Shown here: positions 14,160-26,860 of the stretch, piece after piece
Layout of the letters: each line of letters opens with the position of its first letter
How positions within the stretch are numbered: position 1 is the first letter of the stretch
Source of the DNA: Eledone cirrhosa
Taxonomy: Eukaryota
Direction: 5' to 3'
DNA length: 64,000 nucleotides
Assembly (NCBI GenBank): GCA_964016885.1
Contig: OZ024750.1
Span: 53,444,001-53,508,000, forward strand
Position numbers and translations under genes: made by a program
The notes under the pieces: model-generated
What the model was told of the DNA's origin: nothing
Seen by the model: only the letters and a program-made list of their open reading frames with translations
Database searches by the model: none

Positions 14160-14705
14160 TCATCATCGTTTTACGTCCGTTCTTCCACGCTAGCATGGGT
14201 TAGACGGGTTGTCCTATTGTGGGCAATGTCCGGTCGGCTGACCTTGTCTTGCTCATACAGGAACTGATTCTGGCTTGATTTCTACAGCTGGATGCCCTTC
14301 CTAAACCAACCTCATTTACAGTGAGTACTGAGTGCTTTTTTCCATGGCGCCTACACGTCCACTTTACAGTGAGTGCTGTGTGCTTTTTTCCGTGGTTGCT
14401 GCACAACCACTTTACAGTGAGTGCTGGGTGCTTTTTTTGCCGTGGCACCTCCACGACCAGAGAGGTGCAATTGGGTAAGGTCAGCTTTTATCAGCTCATC
14501 CCAGATCTTCTTGGGTCTCCCCACTCCACGGCTTCCTTCGACTTCTAGTGCTCGGCTCCTTTTGATGCAGCTGTCATCTTTCATACGCATCACATATCCA
14601 TATCAACGCAACCACCTCTCCTGCACACAGCATTTGATTCCTCTTATGCTCAGTCTCTCTCTCAATTTGTTTATGCTTTGCTGTTCGCGTATATTACTAT
14701 TACAC
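14160..14705 (-). mobile_element. 5'-truncated RTE 3' end (RT C-terminus, 3' UTR, (ATG)n tail)
   Basis: RMKDDSCIKRSRALEVEGSRGVGRPKKIWDELIKADL; tail near-identical to 63550-64000. Confidence 0.85.
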
Positions 14706-14803
14706 ATCCATATATATATATATAAAACGAAGGAGGTGTGGTAAGGAACCAGATGAACCATAACGCATCAGAGTACTCAATAGTTAGGGTAGTAGAGTGG
14801 GTA

Positions 14804-14904
14804 ATAGGAAAATGTTTGACCCTGACGGCAGAGCTCAAGCCGTTTCGGCTATTTCTGGACCGTCGAAACGGCTTGAGCCCTGCCATTGGGGTCAAACATT
14901 TTCC

Positions 14905-14907
<3 letters not shown>
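14804..14907. repeat. Inverted repeat with ~44-bp arms and 16-nt spacer; contains the 3' half of a hammerhead motif on the minus strand
   Basis: Left arm ataggaaaatgtttgaccctgacggcagagctcaagccgtttcg pairs with right arm cgaaacggcttgagccctgccattggggtcaaacattttcctat with few mismatches. Confidence 0.92.
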
Positions 14908-14950
<43 letters not shown>

Positions 14951-14954
<4 letters not shown>

Positions 14955-15000
14955 TCCTGATGATTTCTCCTGAATGAAACAGTTCTAGTCCTGTAGAAGC
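14951..15000 (+). ncRNA. Candidate type I hammerhead ribozyme
   Basis: gcuuuc-CUGAUGA-u-uuc(uccu)gaa-u-GAAA-cag(uucuaguc)cug-UA-gaagc. Catalytic core intact, stems I-III formable, GUA cleavage triplet; U-U mismatch at 10.1:11.1. Confidence 0.65.
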
Positions 15001-15069
15001 CACTTCTATATTACATATTTATACTCTATGTATTGAGTAGCTTACTTACTGTGGTTACCCCTACACACA

Positions 15070-15113
<44 letters not shown>

Positions 15114-15438
15114 CTTCTTGCATGCCGGGCACACAAGGAGGGCATGTTTTCTTTTTCCTGTAGCATATCACATAAACGGATATTTCATCTGAAGATATCG
15201 TTCTCATACCAACAACAAATGTATATACTACAACTCGGATTGCATAAGGGAACCATTCAAATATTTATAATGAATAAACGATTTATGTAATCTCAGCATC
15301 TTTTTTAATGTTATTCTTATACTGAATCTCCATTGTAACTACACACTAGAGTGTAGAGAGCTTTCCCCTGCTTACTCCAGTTTTTTAATAAAACAACTTT
15401 TACTGAACATATGTATATATATATTTTATTTATTTCAG

Positions 15439-15630
15439 AACACAATAACAAATGCTGATAAACTACTAGCTGCTGCTGATGAACTTGCTCAAACTGGTGA
15501 ATGTGACCCCAAGGAAATCTATAGTGAAGCCCAGGAACTTGAAGAGCGTATGCATGATTTCATTACAGCTCTGGAGAGGAGAAGGGCTATACTTGATATG
15601 ACTGTCTCATTTTATACACATGTTCATGAG
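15439..15630 (+). CDS. trio: Trio/Kalirin RhoGEF internal exon, spectrin-repeat region (phase 0/0)
   Basis: tttcag| acceptor and |gtaaat donor. Encodes NTITNADKLLAAADELAQTGECDPKEIYSEAQELEERMHDFITALERRRAILDMTVSFYTHVHE, which matches the Trio/Kalirin segment NTYTNADKLLEAAEQLAQTGECDPEEIY as I recall it. Confidence 0.93.
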
Positions 15631-16229
15631 GTAAATATCACCTTCTTCTTCATATCAATTAAAGTGTCTATTTCACTCTTCCTTGGCCCCTTTTACAAAT
15701 ATTTCCTGTCTCACAAAAAATATTCTCCTTTCTAAGAAGAGGAACCTGATCAACCTAATATACCCCTTCCCCCAAGGTATAACGGTAAACAAAAATGAAA
15801 TGAAAGCAAAAATAAAAATGGGTTCAAATTTTTATTTGAAAAAGAACATTTTAAATCTTAACATCCTCTAATGATTTAGCAGAAAATATTTTTAAATTGG
15901 TGTTAATTGAAATGTTTATAATACCTGGAGAGTTGATTGTGAAAAGTGGTGGTATTAAAATAAAGTAAATTCAGTAGATATATTTAATGTAATGCAGTTC
16001 TAGCAGTGTTTTCTAGCATGTCTTTCTAATGTAGTTTCATGTGCTTGTAATAATATTATTATCAATCGACAGGTCATTGTGATAATTTGTAGTATTAGAA
16101 TAAAGTAAAGACTTTAAGTGATGCAGTCATAGTGCTGTTTTGTATCCATCAATGTCTTAGTAATGTAGTGTAGGATGTTAGCAGTTAATGATGAGGGGGT
16201 GGAGGCATGGGTATTTATCTTTCTACCTC

Positions 16230-16440
16230 TTTTGATATGGACCTGTCCCATTCTAAACTGCACCAGATGGCTGGATGTCATCAAGGAAGATCTCCAGAGG
16301 CTTGACATCACCTTAGAAGATGCACGGGAGCTGATACAGGACTGCCAGGGCATTGGTGGACCTGGTTGGCTCTATGTATGATCACACCTCTGGGATCACT
16401 GACTTAAGATGACTCCAGTCTCATCAAACAAGAAGAAGAA
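16230..16440 (+). mobile_element. RTE 3'-end fragment
   Basis: TRWLDVIKEDLQRLDITLEDARELIQD followed by an (aag)n tail. Confidence 0.6.
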
Positions 16441-16941
16441 GACCTCAGTTATTTTTTCTCCATATTTTATACAAACAACCCCTTTTCTTCTAATCTGGCT
16501 CAGCTGAAATATGAAATTCAAAATGAAATATTGAATTTATTGATCCTTACCTTGAAGTGCTCTTGGTTATAAGGTTTATGGGTTAGGGTTAAGTTTAACA
16601 GGCAAATCTCTCTCAGATGTCTACAAGGAAACTCTACTTTTGTGTCAGTATACAGTATACACCCTACAATATTATTTATTGGAATCTGCTGCTCTTTCCC
16701 CCAGAGAAAATTCCGTGTGTCGTGTGAGTTGTGTATGTAGGTGGGGGGGGGGGGGGGTACTACATTGTCTTTTGAAGTGCCAGACTTCATGTCTAAAGTT
16801 GTGGGATTAAGGGGTTTGCTTCATAACCACAGGTTCTGTGACACCTTGTATGTATGTGTTGACAGATGTCAGCATCACCATCATTTAACATCCATTTTCC
16901 CTGCTAACAAGAATTGGACAGGTGATTACAGACCAATATAT

Positions 16942-17075
16942 ATGTTTAACCAGAGCTACTGACCTCTCAGACAGACCAGGGGCTACACATGTTTAACCAG
17001 AGCTACTGACCTCTCAGACAGACCAGGGGCTACACATGTTTAACCAGAGCTACTGACCTCTCAGACAAGATGGGC
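16942..17075. repeat. 47-bp tandem triplication
   Basis: atgtttaaccagagctactgacctctcagaca at 16942, 16989 and 17036. Confidence 0.9.
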
Positions 17076-17321
17076 TACACACATATGTGTGTTTGTCAGT
17101 TTAACAAAAGTATGATCAATAAAATAAGTATCAGACTTGAAAAAATACATACTGGGCTTGATGTGGGCAAATAAGTTCCTCCTAAGGCAGTGCCCCAGCA
17201 TAGTCGCAGTCAAATAACTGAATCTAGTAAAAAAAAAGTCATAGCATATTTTGAGCTGGGAGTTGATATTTCTGTGGCCACCAGACTAGTTTACAGGTTA
17301 ATCCACATTTGGTATTCTATG

Positions 17322-17745
17322 TTGTCACATTCATGTTATTTACAGTCTTGTCACATTCATGTTATTTACAGTCTTGTCACATTCATGTTATTTACAGTCT
17401 TGTCACATTCATGTTATTTACAGTCTTGTCACATTCACATTATTTACAGTCTTGTCACATTCACATTATTTACAGTCTTCTCACATTCATGTTATTTACA
17501 GTCTTGTCAGATTCACATTATTTACAGTCTTGTCACATTCATGTTATTTACAGTCTTGTCACATTCACATTATTTACAGTCTTGTCACATCCACATTATT
17601 TACAGTCTTGTCACATCCACATTATTTACAGTCTTGTCACATTCACATTATTTACAGTCTTGTCACATTCATGTTATTTACAGTCTTGTCACATTCACAT
17701 TATTTACAGTCTTGTCACATTCACATTATTTACAGTCTTGTCACA
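17322..17745. repeat. 26-bp minisatellite (ttgtcacattcatgttatttacagtc), ~16 units
   Basis: Direct periodicity; explains the three repetitive ORFs at 17190-17792. Confidence 0.95.
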
Positions 17746-18759
17746 ATTGCTGTAGATCTATACACATGTTAATTTTTATTTATTTGTTCTGAGTTCAAAT
17801 CCTGCTGATGTTAGCTTTGCCTTTCATCCTTACAGGGTTGATAAAATAAAATACCAGTAATGCACTGGGATCTATTTAATCAACTTTCTCTTCTCCATAA
17901 AATTGATTTTGTGATCTTTTTGGTTTATTTTGTCAATATTTAAGCCTAGCTATGGCTTCTAAGTGAAGGCATGTGGCTTAGTGGTTAGAGAATTGGATTC
18001 ACAATTATGAGGTTGCAAGTTCGATTTCATGTCATTCTTTCTACCAGTTGTGATTGGTAGATAGTATCAGCAATAGAAAGACCAATGGAAAAATTCTTTT
18101 CTTGGTCCAATTTGATGAATTCTACCCTACATGGTGAGACCTGGGAACTTATCAAATAATAAAGAAGATGACTTTTAAGAGAGATACAAGTATCAGTGTC
18201 AAATGTAAACACTAATTTATCAATTGTAAAGCAGAATTATGGTGTTTATTATATCTCAGCTTGATATCTTACTAAATCTTTCCAAATTCTTAATTATATT
18301 CCAAATTATTTGAAAATCCTTTATTAGAAATATTCTAACAAAACCGTTTTGTTCCAAATGAGATAATTAGTTATATGACTAAATCTTTCTAAATTCCTGA
18401 TTAGTTTTAAAATTTTATTTCAAAATACTCAAATATATTTCTAGGACAAAATTACATAAAAACAATAAAGAATTTAATATTTAGTCAAACATACAGAAAA
18501 AGAAAGTAGCATTGGGAAAGACTATAAATGCCATAAATAAGAGGAAAAGATGGGAAAGGGTAACGGAATGGGGGAAGAGGAGAGAGTGACAGACTCTACA
18601 CTTAAATCAGAGCAGTGTTTCAGCTGCACCCTACAGAGAAAATGATAAATACAGTGCTTTTCAATAGAAATATGTAATGAAAATATAAATATATTGTATA
18701 TTGATTGAAAGACCAATAGGAAAAAGAAATAAAATTGAGAAATTCCTTGTGTGTTTCAG

Positions 18760-18929
18760 TTAACATCTTGGCTTGAAGAATTGCAACAAGAGCTGCAAAG
18801 TTCAGAAATAGCTGATACAGTGGAAGGAGCAGAGCACTTAGTAACACAGTTCAATGATCAAAGGGAGACAACTATTGAAGCAGCTATAAGTACGGTCAGA
18901 GAAGGAGAAACTTTACTTGAACGAATAAG
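18760..18929 (+). CDS. trio: Trio/Kalirin RhoGEF internal exon, spectrin-repeat region (phase 0/2)
   Basis: tttcag| acceptor and AG|gtatga donor. Encodes LTSWLEELQQELQSSEIADTVEGAEHLVTQFNDQRETTIEAAISTVREGETLLERI, in frame with the previous exon and matching Trio LWTWLEELQKEL...EGEDLIQQLR. Confidence 0.92.
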
Positions 18930-19406
18930 GTATGATTTCACTTTAATAATTCTATCTTATTTTACACATGTTTTATTTTATTTAATTGTTAAACTTTACA
19001 TATGATAACACAATAATGATAATGCTGAAGTATTCTAATGTGATACAAACTGTTAGTCATCTCTCACCCCTTTTCTCTTTCTCCACACACATTCAACACA
19101 CACACACACACACGCACATATATATATGAGCAAGCGTCCCTCTTTTGAGCACAGTAATTTGATCATTATTACAGCAGTACCATTGATAAATGGGTGCTGT
19201 CCTGCAAACGTCTTTTAAAAAACAGATAAAACCACCCAGTTAACAGGTGGTAGTGGTTAGTGCCACGATAAATTGCACCCTGTAGATACCATGAAGCCAT
19301 TGGCCTTAAGAAGGGCATCAAGCCTTGGAAACCATAGGTGAATGCATAAGATTGTCACATTTTGAGACTGGACAGGTCAGATGACAATCTGTTTAATCCT
19401 TTGTAT

Positions 19407-19543
19407 TATTCTATATTGACTATTGTATTTTTGTGGTAAACGCTTTACCTCACACAATTATCCCACATAACATTTACATTATTCTATATTGACTATTGTA
19501 TTTTTGTGGTAAAGGCTTTACCTCACACAATTATCCCACATAA
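19407..19543. repeat. ~72-bp tandem duplication
   Basis: tattctatattgactattgtatttttgtggtaaa...cccacataa present twice. Confidence 0.85.
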
Positions 19544-21715
19544 TATGGAAACTGAGATTTTGATATTATTTATTTTGAAAACAATACCTTAAAGTCAGTA
19601 TGAGTGGCCAGTTAAGGCTGGTTTGAACAGAAAGATGTGAGAGTATTCTGGCTGGATACAGCCGGTTTAAATGCTGAAGGGTTAACCCATGTAAGTATGG
19701 AAAGCAGAACTAAAACTGTGATGATGATGATTTGAGTCTTACCTGCTTTTGCCCTGGATTCACTTCTCTGACCTAGACAAACCTGGTAGGTAACTGAAAC
19801 AGAAAGGCCCTCTGTGAAGATTTTACCACATATATGTGTGTATATATATATATTTACATATATATAGATAGATAGATACCGTTGACAATTAACAAAACAT
19901 TATTAACTTTTATTGTCAACTTTTCCATAATGGCATGGATTATAGGAAAATATGTTGATCACTGCAAAGTGGTCGTGGAGGTGCCATGGCAAAAATGCAC
20001 CCAGTCCACCCTGTAAAGTGGACATGTAGGCGCCACAGAAAAAAAGCACCCAGCACTCACTGTAAATGAGGTTGGTGTTAGGAAGGGCATCCAGCTGTAG
20101 AAATCAAGCCCGAATCAGTTCCCATATGAGCAAGATAAAGTCAGGTTTACATTATTGCTGTTATTCGTTTTCTTTTCCCCAACTTATATTTGTCTATTTA
20201 CAAAATCAACTACGTTGGACATTGCCCACCCTCCTTCTCTCTCCAACTGTCTTTGAAATCATCCCAATCAATCTATCATTTAGTCGGTGACCATCTTTGA
20301 AATTCCCGCACACTTGCCTTGTCAAATGTGCCTACTTGTATCTGCTTATTTCCCCCTGAATCTTCAACGATGATATAAGCCATGATGGCTACCTATCTCA
20401 CCATTCCCTGCAGTTTTGTATGGCTGAAAGTCTACCCTGACATCAACCCCTATTGATGAAGTCCACTGATCTTCACAACTGTTGAACTGCAGGACATAAG
20501 ACACTATCAGCTACCTACAGTGTCAATATAGCACACACACACACACTTTCACACACATATACATTCACACACACACACACACACTTTCACACATATATTC
20601 ACACACACATACACAAACTTTCACACACACACTTTTACACACACATACATTCACACACACATACATTCGCACACACACTTTCACACTGTTCCTGTCTTCC
20701 AAATTACACTCAAAAGACATTTGGTCAACCTGAAACTAGAGGAAAACACTTGCCCAAGATGCAGTGTGCCAAAATCCACACCGACACCTGACACACACTA
20801 ACTTTTATATATAATCTTCAGTTACATTTTTTTTTTTGTCACAAAAACGATATATTTTATTATATACTTTTTCTTTAATTTAAATATCTAATTTAAAAAA
20901 AAATTTGTTTTAAATTTTAGTTTTTACTTTTTATTAGAAAAATGTTATTTATTTAGAATTTAGAAAGAAAAAGGTTAATTTTATAAAATAGTTACTGAAA
21001 TATAATGATTTCAGTTAATTAGTGTCTGAAGTTGTTTGTTTTCCACTGAATACAATATTAATTAATTAGTGCATGTTGTGTTACTTATTTGTTTAATTGT
21101 TGTCAATCATTGCATGTTTATTTATGGTTTAATCCAGCATGCCAGCTCTTTTAACTCTGTATTCTATCATTTTAATTTCGCAACATTTGATGTTGTCAGT
21201 TTCATCTAATTAGATAAAGTCACATAAATAATTTTTTTTTTAAATGGAGAGGGAAAGGCAGTATCTGTGAGCCTTTTAAGGGTCTCCGAAACACAAGGGA
21301 AGGAAGAAAGACCCTTAAACCAGAGATCTGATGTAAACATGTGCAATAGAGTCTTTCTCAAGTCTAGCAACCTATCAGGTTGGAGCTTATCCTTGTTTTC
21401 ATGTGGGTTTAACTGATTGGCACTATAAAACCTCCCTCATCCTAGACAAAACACCATCACCTGGTTAACTCACATCTGTTGCTGATACTTATTGTTTCAA
21501 CTGAGTGAACTGGTGCCACATCAAATGAAGTTCATTACTAAAGGACACTATGTGCCACACAGTCTGGAAATTGAACTCTGTTTTTATGATCATGAGCTCA
21601 ACACCCTAACCACTGGACCACAAGGTAGTTCTGATCATGGGGCAACAGTGTGTGATCAAACCAATAGAGGCATCTTTTAAACTGGGCTTCTTGAAGAGAA
21701 TCAATCCAGCAACAA

Positions 21716-21910
21716 TTAATCCTTTTGTAGCCATAATTTTGAATGAATTACACTATTTCAATTAATTTACTAAAATTATTATTTTATTTCTGAGATAGTA
21801 ACTTACAATTTTGTTCCTATATAAAATTATGTTGAAAGTATTTAATTTAAATAGGAAACCTTTAAAATGGGTAGTTTTGTTTTCGAATGGGTTGGTATGA
21901 AAAGGATTAA
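21716..21910. mobile_element. Possible piggyBac-type MITE (TTAA-flanked)
   Basis: Ends ttaatcctttt...aaaaggattaa. Similar termini at 34895-34917 (ttggtatgaaaagagttaa) and 63221 (ttaacccttttgatacc). Confidence 0.5.
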
Positions 21911-22296
21911 GTTGGTATTTAGAGCATAACTTAACAAAGGTTTTTACATAAAATTATGAAGGAAGTTTTTTTTAGATAATGATAATTTTTTCTTTTAGGC
22001 CTGAGCTAAAATAAACATAGAACCTTGGGTGATCTGTTATTAAAAGGAGCTATTTATTTATTTCAAAATTTTAATTTATATTTTTATTTAAATGATATAT
22101 TTGTTGAAATTTAAGTGTTGTAATAACTGCATGTTGTAAGTATTGTTGCATTATTATTTCATCTTCATTTTGAACAAAAAAATGTATATATATAAAAATA
22201 AAATCAAAACATTTTAATTTCCAACAGTTTAGCTTGTTATTGTCCAGTGTTGCATGTGTTGTTGCTATTATGTCTCCTGTTGTGTGTTTCCAACAG

Positions 22297-22380
22297 ACTA
22301 CAGCGAATTGTTGGGTGCAGCCAGTGCTGTCACTTGCGCCACCAGCGAATTGATGTTACTTCTTCCACAATGCACAAAGG
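22297..22380 (+). CDS. Candidate alternative (cassette) Trio exon, 84 nt, phase 2/2
   Basis: tgtttccaacag| acceptor and GG|gttagt donor. Open in the Trio frame: (R)LQRIVGCSQCCHLRHQRIDVTSSTMHKG. GC-richer than flanks; TGCATG motifs nearby. No recognised homology. Confidence 0.5.
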
Positions 22381-23439
22381 GTTAGTAGGACTGCACCAAG
22401 TACATGCTGAGATATAAGTCTTGTACGCTCTGGGTCAGGCCTGATTCTTCTTTGCCCCCCACTGCTGGTCATCTGAACTTAAGTCTACCTGCATATTCCT
22501 TGAGTGAGCCTCTCTATTCCAATGCCTATTTCTAGCCTTCATCTGCCAAGAAAAGAAAAAAAAAAAAACTCCAGCTCTTTTCAGTTTCTTCCAGAACAAT
22601 CTTACATAGTCCTAGTCCTACAAAGTTGCTATTTTTTCCGCTTTTTCTTTTGCTCCCCTTTTTAAAACTTTAGAAACACTTTATTGAATGTTCTCCTAGA
22701 TTCTGTGGTGAAGGGCCAAACGTTTAGTGCTTGATATCTTTGGTAGAAATAATTGTTTAAAAAAAAAAAAAAGAAATTTTTTTTCTTCTTTAAAATTATT
22801 TTCATGCATTTTTAGAAATCTATAAAAGAAACTTTCAAAACAAATTGTTTGAAATATATTAATAATATCTTCAGTTAATTATTTCAAACAATTTATTTTT
22901 TCAAAGACAGCCAGGAATTGCTCTGATAATATTTGTCTTGCATGGTGAACGTTTGTCCTACTTTTTGCATTATTACTTTTCACTCCTCGCATTTTAAAAA
23001 AGATTGTTGCTAGTTTTCTTTAGCTGGTCTAATCTAAATCTACAATTTCAAACCTCTGAAGGCCTCTCATGCTTCCTCTCTGTTAGTGTAATACTAAAAA
23101 TATTAACCATTCCTTTCCTTACAAGAAGAATTTATTGTTTTCCAAATGTGAAATACCTTATATTCCAAAGATTGTGTTTTAAATCAATAAAGCAGATATA
23201 TAGTCTGTAGTTTGGTAACCACGAAGATGCGTGACTTAGTGGTTAGGATGTTGGGCTCACAATAGTATGGTTATCAGCCTTGCAGCCATTATATTGGTAC
23301 CATACATATCAAACCATTGCTGCTCAGTTGCTTTGAATATCTTTGGAATTTAAACAAGAGGATAACCTAAGTATGGTCTGCTGTGTACTCACTAGATGAG
23401 GTGGGGAAATCTAACATAACCACACAATTATTCATAGCT

Positions 23440-23860
23440 ACAGTGGAATCTTACTGTATTCCAGTGAATTATGATAAGTGATAATACCAATCGCCAAAGC
23501 TTTAGATGGTTGCTACACATGAATGCTAGGAAGGATAAAAAAAAATCATCAAACCTCTTGACTGTGTTACAAACAAAATCTTTGCGTCAACCTTCCCCCC
23601 ATTAGCCATACCATCTGTATCAGATGTCTTCAACTTGTAGGTCATGTCATGAAAGGCAGCAAACCTGCTACAAAACTTTTACTTTGGGATCCCACTAATG
23701 TGAAACACAAATGCAGAAGACCTCTCAAGACATTAAAGAGTCATTGAGGAAGATACAGAATTATCTGGTGAAGAACTGAGGCTGTTAATATTGTATCAGA
23801 TGGAAAAGATTTTATCATGTCACCATTAAGAAGTGATTGAATGTAGTAGTGGTAGTAGTA
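23440..23860 (+). mobile_element. Degenerate RTE-like 3' fragment
   Basis: Remnants KALDGCYT*ML, VGHVM and LLLWDP followed by a (tag)n tail. Confidence 0.5.
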
Positions 23861-24369
23861 GTTAGTGTTTGGAATAACCAGACTGTCAGATGTCATTAAC
23901 TTATACATCACCGGTCACAATTTACTTGCATTTTATCCCAAGCCATTTTAGCAATCTTGGATTTTTAGCAGCTTCACCTTGCTCGGATTTCACTCCACCA
24001 TCTTCGAGCAATCCCATTGATACACACGACACTAAATCTGGTCTTTTTACATTGTTTTAGTGTTTATATATTGTATGGTATATTAGATGATAGAGAGAGT
24101 TGCTTGGGTCAACATTTCTTCTGTTTACCTTCTTTATTGCTCCCCACTATCCCTGCACATCACTTTATATTGTACACACCCACATGTGTGGCTGGAGAGA
24201 AAGAGAAGTACCTTCCACACACGTGTGTGTGTCATCATCAATGAACATGATGGCATACACACATACACACATATGTGACTATGTATGTGAGTGTGTGTAT
24301 ATCATCATCTGTGAATATAACATGATAATCACACACACATATGCACAGATACATAAGTGTGAATGTGTG

Positions 24370-24425
<56 letters not shown>

Positions 24426-24796
24426 GTTTGTGTATAGTTTATTATTTGCTTCCAAAGTATATTTGGTATTGGAACAATTGTTGTTACAGCTGCCCCCCCC
24501 CCCCCACCCCGCATGCAGCAACAATTAATTATCCACACAACTGTGAAGTAGGAAGTGATGTCATTTCACCCATCTTCCTGTTCAGTCAACCAGATGTATA
24601 TGTTATAGTTTGGAGCACAACATAGTAGTAGTAGTAGTTGTTTAAGCGAAGGTCAGTTCTGATCAAGTAGACTTATCTTCAAAGGTATTCCAATGGTAAC
24701 TTATTATTTCAACATAATTTATAGAACTTGTGTGTTTAAGAAGTTTATTTCACAAGCATGTAGTTTAGGGTTCCATCCCATTGTGTGCCACTTCAA

Positions 24797-24841
24797 GCAT
24801 TTCAAAAACAAATATCATCATGATATTTGTTTTTGAAATGC
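24797..24841. repeat. Perfect 21-bp-arm palindrome with 3-nt loop
   Basis: gcatttcaaaaacaaatatca-tca-tgatatttgtttttgaaatgc. Confidence 0.92.
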
Positions 24842-24977
24842 GCATAATAAAATACATGGAACTCTTTTAACCATCTTTTGTTCTTATATATTATAGATAC
24901 TCCAGTCCTACAAACTGTAGAGTGCTTCTTATCCGATATCTGCATTGCTTTATTGTACTACAATAAAACTCACCTCC

Positions 24978-25025
24978 TATATATATATGTATATGTATAT
25001 ATATATGTATATATATATATATATA

Positions 25026-25110
<85 letters not shown>

Positions 25111-25260
25111 GTATATATATATGTATATATATATGTATATATATATGTATATATATATGTATATATATAGTATGTATATATATATATATAGTATGTATAT
25201 ATATATATATAGTATGTATATATAGTGTATGTATATATATAGTATATATGTATATATATA

Positions 25261-25356
<96 letters not shown>

Positions 25357-25927
25357 GTATATATATATATATATATATAGTATATATATATATATATATA
25401 TAGTATATATATATATATATATATAGTATATATATATATATATAGTATATATATATATATATAGTATATATATATATATATATATAGTATATATATATAT
25501 ATATAGTATATATATATATATATAGTATATATATATATATATAGTATATATATATATATATATAGTATATATATATATATATATAGTATATATATATATA
25601 TAGTATATATATATATATATATATAGTATATATATATATATATATATAGTATATATATATATATATATAGTATATATATATAGTATATATATATATATAT
25701 AGTATATAGTATATATATATAGTATATAGTATATATATTGTATATATATGTATATATAGTATATATATTATATATATATATAGTATATATATTATATATA
25801 TGTATATATATTATATATAGTATATATATATATTATATATATGTATATATATTATATATAGTATATATATATATTATATATATGTATATATATTATATAT
25901 AGTATATATATATATATGTATATATAG

Positions 25928-25959
<32 letters not shown>

Positions 25960-26037
25960 GTATATATATTATATATATATGTATATATATTATATATATA
26001 TTATATATATATATATTATGTATATATATATATGTAT

Positions 26038-26119
<82 letters not shown>

Positions 26120-26150
26120 GTATATATATATATGTATACATATATATATG

Positions 26151-26219
<69 letters not shown>

Positions 26220-26262
26220 GTATATATATATATGTATGTATATATATATATGTATATATATG

Positions 26263-26293
<31 letters not shown>

Positions 26294-26304
26294 GTATATA
26301 TATG

Positions 26305-26367
<63 letters not shown>

Positions 26368-26860
26368 GTATATATATATGTGTATATATATGTGTATATA
26401 TATATGTGTATATATATATATGTATATATATATATGTATATATATATATATGTATATATATATATGTATATATATATATATGTATATATATATATGTGTA
26501 TATATATATATGTGTATATATATATATGTGTATATATATATATATGTATATATATATATGTGTATATATATATATGTGTATATATATATATGTGTATATA
26601 TATATATGTGTATATATATATATGTGTATATATATATATGTGTATATATATATATGGGTATATATATATATGGGTATATATATATATGTGTATATATATA
26701 TATGTGTATATATATATATGTGTATATATATATATGTGTATATATATATATGTGTATATATATATATGTATATATATATATGTATATATATGTATATATA
26801 TATATGTATATATATATATGTATATATATATGTATATATATATGTATATGTATATATATA
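24978..26860. repeat. ~1.9 kb compound (TA)n microsatellite
   Basis: (TA)n interrupted by G, GT and AG. Confidence 0.97.

Noticed and set aside
17190-17792. Repetitive Cys/His ORFs in three frames
   Set aside because: Product of a stop-free 26-bp minisatellite; no splice or homology support.
24897-24970. Possible alternative terminal exon (tatag|[12 protein letters not shown]..stop overlapping AATAAA)
   Set aside because: Weak acceptor, short ORF and AT-rich context next to a TA tract; easily explained by chance.
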